A stretch of 64,000 bases of DNA from Hormiphora californensis (Eukaryota; Animalia; Ctenophora). The position numbers and the translations under genes are program-made. Shown here one piece after another: positions 1 to 43,738 of the stretch. Positions within the stretch are counted from its first letter, which is position 1. Each line of letters begins with the position of its first letter. Location: positions 2,790,001-2,854,000 of the forward strand of contig CM035358.1 of NCBI GenBank assembly GCA_020137815.1, given 5' to 3'. A model generated the notes under the pieces. The model searched no databases, was not told where the DNA came from, and saw only the letters and a program-made list of their open reading frames with translations.

Positions 1-20
1 GTGAATTTCCGACAAAATAG

Positions 21-4499
<4,479 letters not shown>

Positions 4500-6752
4500 G
4501 TAAGTGGGGTGATTGAGACTCTCAAGTCTCAAAACTCTTGTCACGTCCCCTCTCAATTTTAGAGGGGACGTGTCGAATTTTGCACGTCCGTCACGCAAGG
4601 ATGATCCGGTGAAAGTCTTGTTCAGAAATAATTTCCGAAAGATCTCCTTTCTCCCCATAACACAACTATGTTTCAGCTTCATGCAAATCGACCAAAGTAC
4701 CGAAACGAACAAAGGCGATACAGCGGTAGTTTCAAAAGTTCCTGCTCCATACCAAGTTTCTCAACACCCAACCAGGCCCTCCTACTGATTGGCATGACGC
4801 CCAATCGACCACCTCCCAACCCAACGAAAAACACTCGGAAAATGGTTTCAAAACCACCCATAGTTGCACGAAATAGACCTAAAAATAATGTTGTTGAGTT
4901 ACCTGCGTTAGGAATTAATGGGGCGGGCGATTTAGTTATCAGAAAGAAGCAAATTCTATCAGGATAGATTTTATTTTTTTCTCTTTTTTTCTGTAAAATA
5001 TGATGTATAATGACACGCTTCGTTTTTTGTTTTCATATGCACTGCAATCCTTCGAATTTGAATTGTCCTTGGGATTGAGTTATCGGGTGGCACACAAGGA
5101 CACTCGCATCGGAAGTCCAAACGTCACACTCCCAGATACCTCCTACCACACTCCAGAAAAGTTGTCGTCAGACGAATCTGATTTTGGGCTTGGTCGTTGC
5201 CACAGCACTTGCATGGAAGGCGCCGGGTGTCGATTGTGGACCTGAATGCCCGGCGCGCTCTCGTACAGATCACGCGCGGAATTATAGTGGTACGCGCAAA
5301 TAAATCGCCGCGCCCCGAATGAAAAAGTGTTGCGCGTTTTGAAATTTAGAGCTCAAATCCACTGAACGAAAATGTTTAAAAAAACTTCAAAAATCCAAAA
5401 GGAAAACATGTTTTTCTGTCCTCGGCTCTTGTTTTACTACATTTTAAGTAAATATCTGTCCCTTAACAGACCAAAGGAAGATTTAAGGACTAGAATACAT
5501 TGATACTCATTAGTTTCAATTTTTAAGACGTCAATAAATTTTGTTTGGCGCCCAGGGGCGGTGCACGGCTTTCTGAATTCAGCTGCGCTCGCCCCTCTGC
5601 GGACGGGGCCAGTGGCGAAAGCCCCAGTCAACAAGAGCGGGTGGGTGTGTCGCCTGTAGGGAGCAGAGTCCCCGCAAACAGGGTTGAGGGTACAGAGCTG
5701 CAAGGTTGGGGCGGTGCCTCAGGAAAATTTTTTGGCGACTATGGCCTACAGATATCCAAAAAATAATCTTCAAGAACAAACTGAAGAATTTTTAACTGAA
5801 TGGAGTCTCGACAGTCTACATCCTATCCATAATTACCGATTTTACTTGTGTGTCTTAGTGCAGGGACTGAGTTATGCTTAATTTTTGCTCTGTACTGGGA
5901 TTGACGTTGATTGAACTCATTCTCAGTGTGAAATTCACTCATATTTTTGTTTTAAAGTTAAGATTTGTCTCAATAGTTATGCAACCCTCTTTCCCCGTAA
6001 AATAAGTTACAAACGCTATACCATTTAACCATCCTCTGTCTTCTACTGCAGTCACAGACAAGAATAAATATTGAATTTTCACATATTTGTTCTTTCCGAG
6101 AGTTTTGTAACACAGTTAACACCCGCCCCATTCTTGCTTCTCACACTTGCCCTGTTAGAGAAAGAGAGAAAAGAGAATAGTATTCTCTCTTTCTCTAATA
6201 CCCTGACCCACCATTCAAATAACACACATTTAGTACTGATGTTACTCAGTAGTACTACTCGCTCCTCCTATTCGACATTCAACTCTATTTTCTCTCTGTC
6301 GACATATTAAAGCCTCTCCCATTTTTTACCTCTCTCTTTTTTGTCTCTCCATCACTCTCTCCATCACTCTCTCCTTCTCTCTACTCTCGTACAAGACACA
6401 CTAATTCTCCGTCCCACTTCTTAGCGTGCCCTCAGCTATTGGTAAGATGCTATGTGCTGCTGCTGCTGCTACGGTGCTCTAAATTAGCGCCCCCTCTTGT
6501 AAGTTGCCCCTTGGTTAATTATTGCAAAAATAGTTGGAAAGTATGTGAGGGTGAGAGGAGAGAGAGAGATTTGGAAAGTATGCGAGGTAGAGGGAGAGAG
6601 AGATAGCTGAGAGAGGGAGATTCAGAGTGAGAGAGTTCTAGCAAAGTAAGAAAAAAAATGAAGGTAACATATTTTTCAAGTGAGCAGTGTGTGAGTGCGT
6701 GTGATTGAACGGCGTTGATTCCTCCTCCTATTGCTTCGCCTCCCTTCCAAAC

Positions 6753-26080
<19,328 letters not shown>

Positions 26081-26365
26081 GGGAGTGGGACACTTTCTCA
26101 GAAAGGAGACTCCCGAGACTCAGTAGTAGGTGTGAACTGTGAAGAACAGAAGGCAGAAAGGAAAGAGCTCAAACAGATGCAATTTGTACCAGCTTTTAGG
26201 ATGTGTTTGTGTGGGCAGCGGGACTGTATGTGTGAGCTGTTGAACAGTGAGAAGAGGTGAGAAGACCGAGAGAGGACAGAGAGGAAAGCGAGAGAGATTG
26301 TAAATTATTATGACCCACTGTGTTTGTTTTGATAGGACCACATTGTGATACTTTTTTACCCCTGT

Positions 26366-27415
26366 TTACCGAAACCATCTTGTTATACGAAACGGAAACA
26401 AATCAGTTAATCGGTTGTTCAAATAGATAAATATTGTAGCTGGGTAACAAGGTGCTGCTGTTTCAGGATGGGCAGCAGAGAGAGGATGGGCAGCAGAGAG
26501 AGGGTGGGCAGCAGGAATATCCAGAGGATGGGTATCAGGAATATCCAGAGCTGGCAGTAGCTGGGAAATATGGTGCTGTTGATTCACGATGGCAGGGGGA
26601 GGAGGGGGAGGGGAGTCATCAGTGGTAGCACCTCCAGAATTCTTCTTGCTCCTGTTCCTCCTATTCTTGAACCAGTGTGACACGCTCTTGTAGGTGGTTC
26701 CAGTATCTCGTGCAATGATCCTCCTCTCTGCTGCGGTTGGGAAGGGGTTCTCCTCGTAGTATTTAACAAGGTATTCCCGGCTGCTCACTCGAAGGTTGTA
26801 GGATGTAGCCTCTCCGTCCCAGATAGATCGAGGTAGGGGATGTCGCTTCCTGAGTCGGTATCGCTGCATGTTTGATAGTTTGGTGGAGTTGGTCTTCCTC
26901 ATGTGGCTGTTGTAGACGGTCTCCCACCAGAGGTCTCGGAGTTCGGGCTGGCATTCAGCAGGGAAGGTGTTGGAGGCAGCGAGTTTTTGGAACTCATCGG
27001 TTCGGCCAGTGGATACTAGGGATCTGGCGAAGAGAAGGAGGGGAGATGTGGTAGCGGGAGGTGTAGGTTGAACAGGGCCAGGAGGAGCAGGAATTTGAGC
27101 TGCAGGAGGGGGAGGAAGTTGTGCAGTAGGGGGTGGTACAGCAGGGGTAGTAGGAGGAGATGGGAACTGGAATGCGGGAGAGGAAGACGAGGTAGGAACA
27201 GGAGAGGGGCTGCAATGGAACGCAGCGGGAGAGAAGGGAGGTAGTACAATGTGGGGGTAGTGTGGGTAGAGGGGGGATGTTGGCATCAAGTGGTAGGAAG
27301 GGTGAACCAGCTCCTGGGACAGGTAGTGGATCGGATGAAGAGGTGTAGGAATTACGTAAGACATCGTATCGTTGTTGTTGTTGTTGGTTGGAGGTGACGA
27401 AATGGTATACCTCAT
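26366..27415 (-). CDS. Divergent SIX/sine oculis-class homeobox protein, intronless, Pro-rich N-terminus, partial SIX domain
   Basis: 349-aa ORF containing ELRDLWWETVY...QRYRLRKRHPLPRSIWDGEATSY (SIX domain C-terminal half and junction) and the homeodomain ...NPFPTAAERRIIARDTGTTYKSVSHWFKNRRNR with K50. ATSY is closest to the Six1/2 ETSY signature. The true start may be the second Met (27364). Confidence 0.9.
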   Translation of the reverse strand: MRYTISSPPTNNNNNDTMSYVIPTPLHPIHYLSQELVHPSYHLMPTSPLYPHYPHIVLPPFSPAAFHCSPSPVPTSSSSPAFQFPSPPTTPAVPPPTAQLPPPPAAQIPAPPGPVQPTPPATTSPLLLFARSLVSTGRTDEFQKLAASNTFPAECQPELRDLWWETVYNSHMRKTNSTKLSNMQRYRLRKRHPLPRSIWDGEATSYNLRVSSREYLVKYYEENPFPTAAERRIIARDTGTTYKSVSHWFKNRRNRSKKNSGGATTDDSPPPPPPAIVNQQHHISQLLPALDIPDTHPLDIPAAHPLSAAHPLSAAHPETAAPCYPATIFIYLNNRLTDLFPFRITRWFR

Positions 27416-27432
27416 CTGACGTATCGGGCAGG

Positions 27433-27439
27433 TTATATA
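27433..27439 (-). promoter_or_regulatory. Candidate TATA box of the SIX gene
   Basis: GGGG-TATATAA-CC on the minus strand, ~20 nt above the first ATG and ~70 nt above the second. Confidence 0.4.
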
Positions 27440-30400
27440 CCCCTGTGTGATGTGATCTAGTGCCCATCCCTAGTAGACACACACACCCCTAACCAGCTAT
27501 TTACAGATCACATGTCTACACGCCCACTGGGAACCACCCACCAGGTCTCGTTACATGGATACACATTGGGAATGGTAATTACTAACAAGGAAGTGATGGA
27601 TGGAAGATGAGATTGGAAAATAGAAAGCATCTTCGATTGGAGGATGTACGGATTTGAGTGGATTGGATAAGTAAGGTGGTATGGTGTAGCGCGCGGTGCT
27701 TAAGTGGTGGAGAGATGTGCGCGTTTATTCCCTTGTCAGCGCTAAATCTGTCTCTGTTGTCAAATCGCTCATTTGTCCGATAGAGATCACCCGTTTTGCT
27801 AGGTTTTGTTAGCCACTTTAGGGGAGCATGCACGCTTGCGTGTGCTATCTAACACCCTGAAAGATGTATGACAGTTGTAGGTAATCGTTCAAAGATAATT
27901 TTGATACCCAAACCTTGACTGGAAATGCCGTAGCTTTTGGACTGGACAACACCAAACTTCACCCTAGACCCCAAAAACAGGCTTCTGTTCATAGCGCAGA
28001 CTAAGTTTTGGTATTAAAAGAAAGCTTAGAGGCTAGAGATAACTTTTAGAACCTAACTGTATAACCGGTCCTATGCGGTCTAGCATTTTTTGCGGCATTT
28101 GTGTCAAAAAGCACTTGTCAGCGCTAATTTTACACGTAAAAACGCGCAACGAGGACGGATCCGGGTCAAATCTGAGCCTCTGCCGCGCGTTTTTGGTCAA
28201 AATCGGGAGATTTCGGAATCCTATCGGACATGACCACAGGGGGGGGGCAGTGGGCCACATTTAGCGTTGATCCCTTTCAGAATGATCCCTTGTCATGTTC
28301 CAACAACCCTCCGTTACGGTGACGGGTGACAGAGGGTCAAACAAGGATACTTGTGTTAATTCATTCATGGCTTATATCAGGTGATGGTTGGGCAACCATC
28401 ACCTGATGTTGATATCAAGGATGTTACCAATGGAGTTAGACCTGTGCCTTCTCCTGTCCAAAAGAGTCCATCCAGATCTTGTAACCCATTTCCCAGTTGA
28501 GACATTGAAAACACGTTATTTTTTGTTTCATGAAGAACTTTATTTCTAGTTGTTTACAAGGGAATTCGTACTTTATGAACAAAATGACACATTAGGAAAC
28601 ATGATATCGAGATAAAGAAGTGTACTTTCTCTCTCCATCACATTAATATTGTACCTCATATCATCTCTCTCCTTCTTTCTGTGACATTCACGACAACACA
28701 AAAATATGAATTGTCTGGCCAAACACATTTGAAAAAAAAGAACAATAATATGGGGACACTAGGAAAACTCGAAAAAAAAAGAAATCTAATCGAAGGGGGT
28801 ATAGGTATAGGTGGTAAGGGGTAATCGGGGTGTCTATAATAAGGGGGTTGGGGAGGTTTTTGGGGGGAAAGTGGATGTAAAAATGTGAATCACACACACG
28901 GGGGGTTTGGGGCGTGTGTGAAGCACACATGTGATGGTATTGATGATACACACTCTCTCTCACTCTCACTAAACCATCTCTCTCACTAGCCCTGGTTTGG
29001 CTGTCTGTGTGTGATAGGTTCATATAGTGGGGGGAGTGGAGTGTGTGTAATTGTGTGGGAAATGCCTGTCCGGCAGGCAGCTTTCTCTCTCTCTCTCTCA
29101 ACTGTAACTGAGCGTGTAGCATGGTTACCACATATGTATCTCGTTACCATGGCAATATGGTTACCATGGTTACCATTGTTATCCCCTAATGGTAACACAC
29201 GAATTGTTTCCCACAACATCAGCCAGCTGATTATCCCTCTCTTTCTCTCATAATATATCATCTATTTCACACTCCTGATATAAAAAAGAGGGGAGATCTC
29301 AATTCATCGAGACTGATATAAGATAAAGTCCTTTCTCTTTCTCTCTCTCTCTCCCTCACGTAACGATCTAGAAAAAACAAAACGAGTATCATATCTTAAC
29401 AGAGGACCTTTAAGTGTCCATTCTTTGTTAAAACGTCCATGACCACATGTCTCTCGCAGCACGGGGTTTTGGAAATACAAATCGAGGGGGTAAAAATTTG
29501 ATCTTATTCATAGTTCTTCATATATTGTTATTATATTCACTTTTGATCTCATTTAGCACGATGTGTTAATTAATGTAATACACGATTTTATTTGGTAAAC
29601 ATCAACTAGCGTAGTGTTTGTTTGATCGTCTCTAGTGAATTTGTTACCTCTTTCTCTGCACGGTAGACGCTGCAGAGGGGAAAAGATTCTGTGTGTGGGT
29701 GCTTGGTAACCAAATTGGTAACACAGATGCACGGTTACTAAAATGGTTACATTCACACAACATCTGATGTTATATCTGGTATGTTTAATATACCACCCGA
29801 CTCACATTCTTCATCCCTTCTCTCTCTCTATCAGTTACAAAACAGGTTCGGGTGGTATACTTAGTAGTGGCTATCAGGCTGACATTTAGGGCTCGGGTTG
29901 ACCCTTAGTGTGCTCTGATCTATGCCTGCTAGGTAACAACTAACGTTTGTGTGTGGTGTTTCTGATAGAAGGGCTTATAAAAAAATCCATCTCACTCATT
30001 CTCTCACTCTCTCTCAACAATAAGACATTTTACTGCCCACATGTTAACTTATATATTTTGAAAAGCAACGCACTATTTTCAATACAAATTTTATAAATAC
30101 TGATAGATCTTGTCATACTAAATATTACTGAAATTATCTTTTGTCATTCACTCTCACCAGTTTTCCAAAAAAAATTGACCACGACTGTGCATGATAACAC
30201 TGGGTTAACATATCAAAGAACAGGAAACTGTTCCAAAACCATGTTACACAACATGTTACAAAAACATGTTACACCCCAATGTATCACACACAGGCACGGG
30301 TCACACCAAAACCACACACAAACACACACGTTCTCTCACGTGTGTGTGACGAAAAACAAAATTAAAAAACAGTGTGTTTGTCTCGAGTTCACACCGTGTA

Positions 30401-30907
30401 ATTTCTCAATATTTCTCAGCTAATAAGTAGGAGGAAATAACTAACTAAATTGTGCACAAAGATTCATTGAAACCAGAGGGGGATTTAGCTAGTGAAATGT
30501 GGCCACTCGCGCAGGGGTGAGCCCTAAATCTCCAGCTGACCAACCCTGGTATAATACCTGAACCAATTGTGGGACACTTGAAAAACTAATGATATATGCT
30601 AGGGGACGTGATGATATCTAAAAACTCTTAATGGAGCTTCTTTAACCTCTCTCTCTCTTACAAAATTGGTACATGGCGACGCGTTATTACTCTCATGACT
30701 TGAACGCATGTTATATAGGGGGGACGAAACGCTCATGTACCAAACACACAAAAACTCTCTCTTTCTCTCTGAAACTCTCTCGAACTTCCCTCTTTCTGAT
30801 TTGTCTTGTGTGCAAGTTAAAAGCAGGACTCGAGTCAGAAATGTCAAGATGTCGAGGGAGTTATTCTTGATATAGTCTCATTAACTAATTGTGGCCTGTG
30901 TATGACT

Positions 30908-31062
30908 TAAAACACACGGTGATATTTCCCATAATTTCTCTCAACACCAGATATATATCTATCTCATCGTCTCCTTCAATGCTTGCTACTTCAATGAAGG
31001 GAGATGTTAAATGTTAGATATATCTGGTGTGAAAACAGGGGAAATCAATGGAGCGTGTTTTA
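30908..31062. repeat. ~155-bp imperfect inverted repeat (degenerate MITE)
   Basis: AAAACAC..ATTTCCC..CACCAGATATAT..TCTCCTTCA pairs with TGAAGGGAGA..ATATATCTGGTG..GGGAAAT..GTGTTTT. Confidence 0.55.
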
Positions 31063-31771
31063 TGTGTGACTCACTATCTCATGCATGTGTAGTTTTAGAA
31101 AACTCTCTCTCAATATAATTCCTCTCTCTTGTGAAAGGATGGGTGGGTGAGGGGTGTGGTCTAAATGGGGGATCTTGTGATATGTGTAACAGGGGGCATT
31201 AGCTTTTCTCTCTCACACACTGGTGATATCTAAAACCTTCCTCGCTGCTTACACTAAACCCACACCTACCTCTCTAGCTACTTATTACACAGTAGAAGAG
31301 GGATGGAAGGGGGATGTGAACAGAGAGAAAGGTGCAATGGCAATAAGGGGGGTTTTTGAATAATTTAATATCTTCTTGACAACAATATAGTACTACGAGA
31401 ATGTTACAAATTGTATTGGGGGGACGCAAAAAGAGTGGGGGGTTATAAATAATTATCGAATTATTCGCCAGGTTTTAGTAACCCTCAAGGGGAAGCTACT
31501 GTATCACCACTAAAATCACTAGGAATTAGATGTCGGTAGAATGCAGTATCCCCCTTAGGGAACCTTCAATTTTCTGCTTGGGGTGTTTTGGGGGATCTGG
31601 CAATTACTTGGCGACAATATTTTGGGGAATGGGGGGCAAATAGATTTGTACAAAAGATGTAAAAAATTACACACAGCAAAAACGTTTTTTGAAGCCGATA
31701 ATATATATTTTATCTGTGTGTTGTCATGTGGTCCACACACACAGAGAGCTTCATGATTCATCTCCTTCTCA

Positions 31772-38699
<6,928 letters not shown>

Positions 38700-38950
38700 T
38701 GTGACATATGTCGTATCGAGTTAATCGGGACTAAAATAGGAGGGGGTAATGTTGAGGTATTGGCAAACAGGGTCGAGCAAGTTTTGAGATTTTAGGGTAA
38801 AAAGTAAACCAAGAAACAAAAGAGGCAGTAATTTGGATGGGTCGCGATGAACTATTTTAGGATGGCACGCCCGTTGTTAGATGAAGGGTAGAGGAACATG
38901 GGTCTGTGTGATCTAAAAACAGCGTCTCATTAATCAAGCTGCATATAATA

Positions 38951-39053
38951 CAGTCAGACACCGATTTACCGGGATTCTCGGGATGATATTCTGTTAATTT
39001 GTGAAATATATCCTCCCGGTAAATCGGAGTTCCGGTAAATCGGGGTCCGACTG
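38951..39053. mobile_element. ~100-bp MITE related to the CAGTCGGACCCCGATTTA family
   Basis: TA|CAGTCAGACACCGATTTACCGG ... CCGGTAAATCGGGGTCCGACTG. Confidence 0.7.
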
Positions 39054-39487
39054 TGTATAAAATCGGGCAGGTTCATTTGAACGTCGTAACTACAACTACG
39101 AACATTTCTCGGCCAACCACCCTCTGCTTATATAATAGTCGAGTGGGTAACGCGGTACACCATTACGTTATGTTCAAATAGGAATTTGTCAAGCATTCAA
39201 GAGAAATAAAGGGAGAGAAAAATTATTGGTTAATGGCACAGGTGGTTGAGCAAGCAAGATCCCACGTTCTTTAAGAAAAGGGGATATAAACCACACCCTT
39301 TCGCCTTTTTACCTTCTACTAATATTTAACGTGGTATATCGACAGGCTGAAAATTTATAAAATATGGCGAGTTAAACAAGCCGAGGTCACGAAGAAAAGG
39401 ATAGTGGCGACAGGGAGGAATGTAAAATGACTATACTAAAAGGAGTTAAATCAGCTTGCCAATTACAGTCGAATGTACGCGTTAAAT

Positions 39488-39706
<219 letters not shown>

Positions 39707-40275
39707 TAAAAGGTATAGCGTAACAATCATGTGACAAAGATTTGCCTTTTCTCTTCCTGTATCTCTCTAGCTATCCCCCTCCCTCTCTCTATCTACTACT
39801 ACTGATTTAATTCTAGTGTGACCGTGTTCACGGTACAAGAGAAGCACATGCGAAGAACTATGGAACAAAGAGAGATTGAGTAGGGAGAGGAAGTAGATAT
39901 TCCGTACTGGGCAAGTGAGTTGGAGAGCGGGAGTCAGTTGGAAAGAGAGCGAGAGAGAATAGTGAGAGTGAATAGTGAGAGAGATTGAATAGGTAGTGGA
40001 AGATATTCAAGAAAAAAGGAACAGAGAGAATCCCTTTCAACAGCATATTCAGTTCGTTACCGTGAGTCACCTTCCCACTCATCTCAAGACCCAAGTTGCA
40101 TATATCACTACTATCATGACTCTGTATCCCATTTCCTTCAAGGCCAGGATACATATGTCTTATATGTGCCGTATCCTGGCTGACATATGCCGTATTATTA
40201 TGTGTGCCTAACTTCACCACCCACAGAGAATAATAATACTCGGGATATTGGAAATGAAACTGAGACTGAGAGAGT

Positions 40276-40377
<102 letters not shown>

Positions 40378-41416
40378 GAGAGATAGAGAGAGGGTGATGA
40401 CAGACGATTTGCTGTTGTTACGGCAGCCGACATCCCACGAATATATATTCAATACCTGCCAGGAATGGGAACCCCCCCCCCCCCTCATGACAAGAGACAG
40501 GGAACACTTCGTGGGGGTTCACGAAATAATGGGGGTTCACTTCGTGGGGTCACTATTATTAATTTCACTAGAATACTGTTTCACTAGAATACTGTTTCAC
40601 GACTGGTATTTTCATGACCGGTTTGTTAGATTAAGCCATTTCGGAGATGCAAGCAATGAATAAGTCACAACCAAAAACAACAACAAAAATGAAGAGACTG
40701 ACACCACTACTGAGCTTTTATATACACCACGAAAGAGGAACACATGTTTCTCACACACCATGAGAGAGAGGAGCCAGGACACATGTTTCGCGTGCACCAA
40801 AACAACAAAACATCTAACGGTCATTCTGGGTGCTTGACATGCCACACACTCCCACGTGGGTTATATCTCCCTTGTTGAGAGGTGTTGGACTCATGCCAGA
40901 CACATGTGTCACATGTTCATTTTGTGACAATAACTGGGATCTCTCTCTCTCTCTCTCTCCCTCTCTCTCCATCTAACTCTCTCCTATCCCGAAATGGGTT
41001 CCCTGCCAGACGTGAAGTACAACAAAACTCCCGTATAACAGTACGGAGATGATTGATATAGATTAGGGGGAAGACTTAGAAAACCCTCCAGATAAGTAAC
41101 CACATGTACGGCCCTAAATATGATATCAGGCCACGCGAGAGAGAAAGAGAGGGTGATATAGAGTAAAAGAAAGATCCCAAAAAAGAGAGAGGGTGAGAGA
41201 GATCAGGCATAGAGGGAGAGGCTGGGAGAGAAGACCGAAATGGTGAAATTGATCCACAGCTGCACTTGTAGAGATTCTCGCTAATTATACCTACTCACAA
41301 TCAATTGTCACGCCGTGTAATTTGATGGTAAGATTTGTCGAGTAACGTGACTCACAAAGGGACTCACAAAGGGCCCCGATATAATCCGGCCTAGGTCCGT
41401 GGAAAAGTTATAAATT

Positions 41417-42082
41417 GGGGGGGGTGCAGCCCCAAAAAAATTCAAACTTTTTCCGAAACCCAGGGTATGGTTGGTTTTTTTTGGTTTTTTTTTGGTTGAA
41501 ATTTCTTTGATTTTTTTTTGGTCGTTTTTTGATTTTTTTTGGTCGTTTTTGATTTTTTTTGGTCATTTTTGATTTTTTTTTTGGTCGTTTTTTGATTTTT
41601 TTTGATCTTTTTTGATTTTTTTTGATCGTTTTTGATTTTTTTTGAATTTTTTTGAATTATTTTGATCGTTTTTGATTTTTTTAAATTATTTAATGTTGAA
41701 CAAAAAAATTCAAAAAAAATCAAAAACGATCAAATAAAATCAAAAACGATCAAAAAAGTTCAAAAAAAATCAAAAACGATCAAAAAAAATCAAAAAAAAT
41801 CAAAAAAATTCAACAAAAAAATCAAAAACGATCAAAAAAAATCAAAAAAGATCAAAAAAAAATCAAAAACGACCCAAAAAAAATCAAAAAAGATCAAAAA
41901 AAAATCAAAAACGACCAAAAAAAATCAAAAAAGATAAAAAAAAATCAAAAACGACCAAAAAAAAATCAAAAAAAAATCAAAAAAATCAAAAAAGATCAAA
42001 AAAAATCAAAAACGACCAAAAAAAATCAACACTTTTGAAAATCCAGGGTATGGTTGGTTTTTTTTTGGGCTGCACCCCCCCC
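41417..42082. mobile_element. Foldback-type element with G8/C8 termini and inverted AT-rich satellite arms
   Basis: TAAATT|GGGGGGGGTGCAGCCC ... GGGCTGCACCCCCCCC|TAAATT. T-rich array (TTTTGATCGTTTTTGATTTT)n inverts to an A-rich array at ~41700. Confidence 0.75.
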
Positions 42083-42376
42083 TAAATTGTATATCTCAGC
42101 CAGAATCAGGATCCCTTATCAAACTCTTGAACATGGTTAGAGAGAGACAAATAACTTTTTATATGAACTCAAGCTAAGGATCTCAGGATCCTTTACCAAA
42201 CAGACAGGTCAGAGAGCTAAATAACTAAGAGCTCAAGCTTCTCACAGAGACATTAATTTAAGGAAAGAAGAAGGGCACAGAACGTATAACTACACTCCGC
42301 TCAGTAAGGCGAGACTGTTAAACGGAGAAATAGTTCGACAACAGCATAATATTTAGCGTGAGCGGGGGGAGAGAGG

Positions 42377-42427
<51 letters not shown>

Positions 42428-42852
42428 TAGAGATAAATCAGAGAAATAAAGACGAGAGACGGCACAAGTGAATTTAAGAGGCTCACAGGAGTTAAATTCA
42501 AATATACAGGGATAACTACAACACCCCAAGACAGAAATCCTTTCAACTTTCAATGGGTACAACATGAGAAGACCACGTGTAAGGCACACAAAAGAACACA
42601 CACATGTGTGTGAGTTGGACGGCATCCAGAATTGGTCCTTGAGTACTGAGGGCTGAATAGTTCTTGAGCTACCAACACACACAGAAATGAAACTATTGGA
42701 ATGAAGCCAATTGTGTGATGTGTGGGAATGAACAGGAACCCTTGGGGCAACTTCATGATGTCATTACCAAGGGGAGGTGGAGGGGGTGATATATCTGTAT
42801 CGGTGGAAAGGGAGTTCATCGAGTGGAACTGGGGTTAATTGGAGCATGACAG

Positions 42853-42943
<91 letters not shown>

Positions 42944-42975
42944 GGAGAGAGAGAGAGAAGAGAGAGAGAGAGAAT

Positions 42976-43067
<92 letters not shown>

Positions 43068-43604
43068 GTGACGCCCATCTCCCACCATCCAACTTGTCTT
43101 CTGTCAGATTCACAGTGATGAATTGAGATCTAGATCATCTGCAACTTGCATCAGTTAGCCCGACACTGTATCTCTCGGTATCAACCATAAATAAATGATT
43201 CAGTACTGTATGGTGATAGAAACTAAGCTACTTGATCTCAATAGCTTATAATTCTAAAATCTAGAATCGGCTGTTTAACAAGTAGTTTATTTCCAAGAAT
43301 TCGAAATCGGGAGGGGTTTTTCTTGGAAGAAGCTCAAAATGCATCAAAGGATCGTGCATCCTAAAAGACAGATTGTAACCCAGTACAGTATTTTTAGGAG
43401 GATTTTCTTCGTGGGCGGCGATTCAAGAAAAACTGGTGATTTAAAGACCTTGCATATTATAATAACTTTGAGGAAGTTCGAGAATGTTGTGAGATGCAGT
43501 CGGCAGAAAATAGATTCATCAAGAGTGAGATCAGATGAGGACAACTTACAAACCCACAAATTCTTGGTTGATCAGGACCTAAACATGAATATATAATTAG
43601 TTAC

Positions 43605-43663
43605 CTGACGACATCTTCATCACTGTGCAGGATCTTGAGAGAAGAAGGCTTGTCGATACACAT
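43605..43663 (-). CDS. MKNK: Alternative first coding exon of MKNK
   Basis: ATG...MCIDKPSSLKILHSDEDVVS with AG|GTAACT donor, phase 2, in frame with exon 38118. A core promoter lies just upstream. Confidence 0.65.
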
Positions 43664-43738
43664 GGTGATTGAGAGCAGATTCAACAAAAAACAGAGAGGG
43701 TGTTTGTGCAACGCAGAGAGTACAGCACACTGAGGGTC

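Noticed and set aside
27620-28270. CpG-rich, transposon-like segment upstream of SIX
   Set aside because: I could not identify TIRs, TSD or a coding remnant, so I did not call it.
41442-41937. Lys-rich ORFs
   Set aside because: Translations of the AT-rich satellite inside the foldback element.
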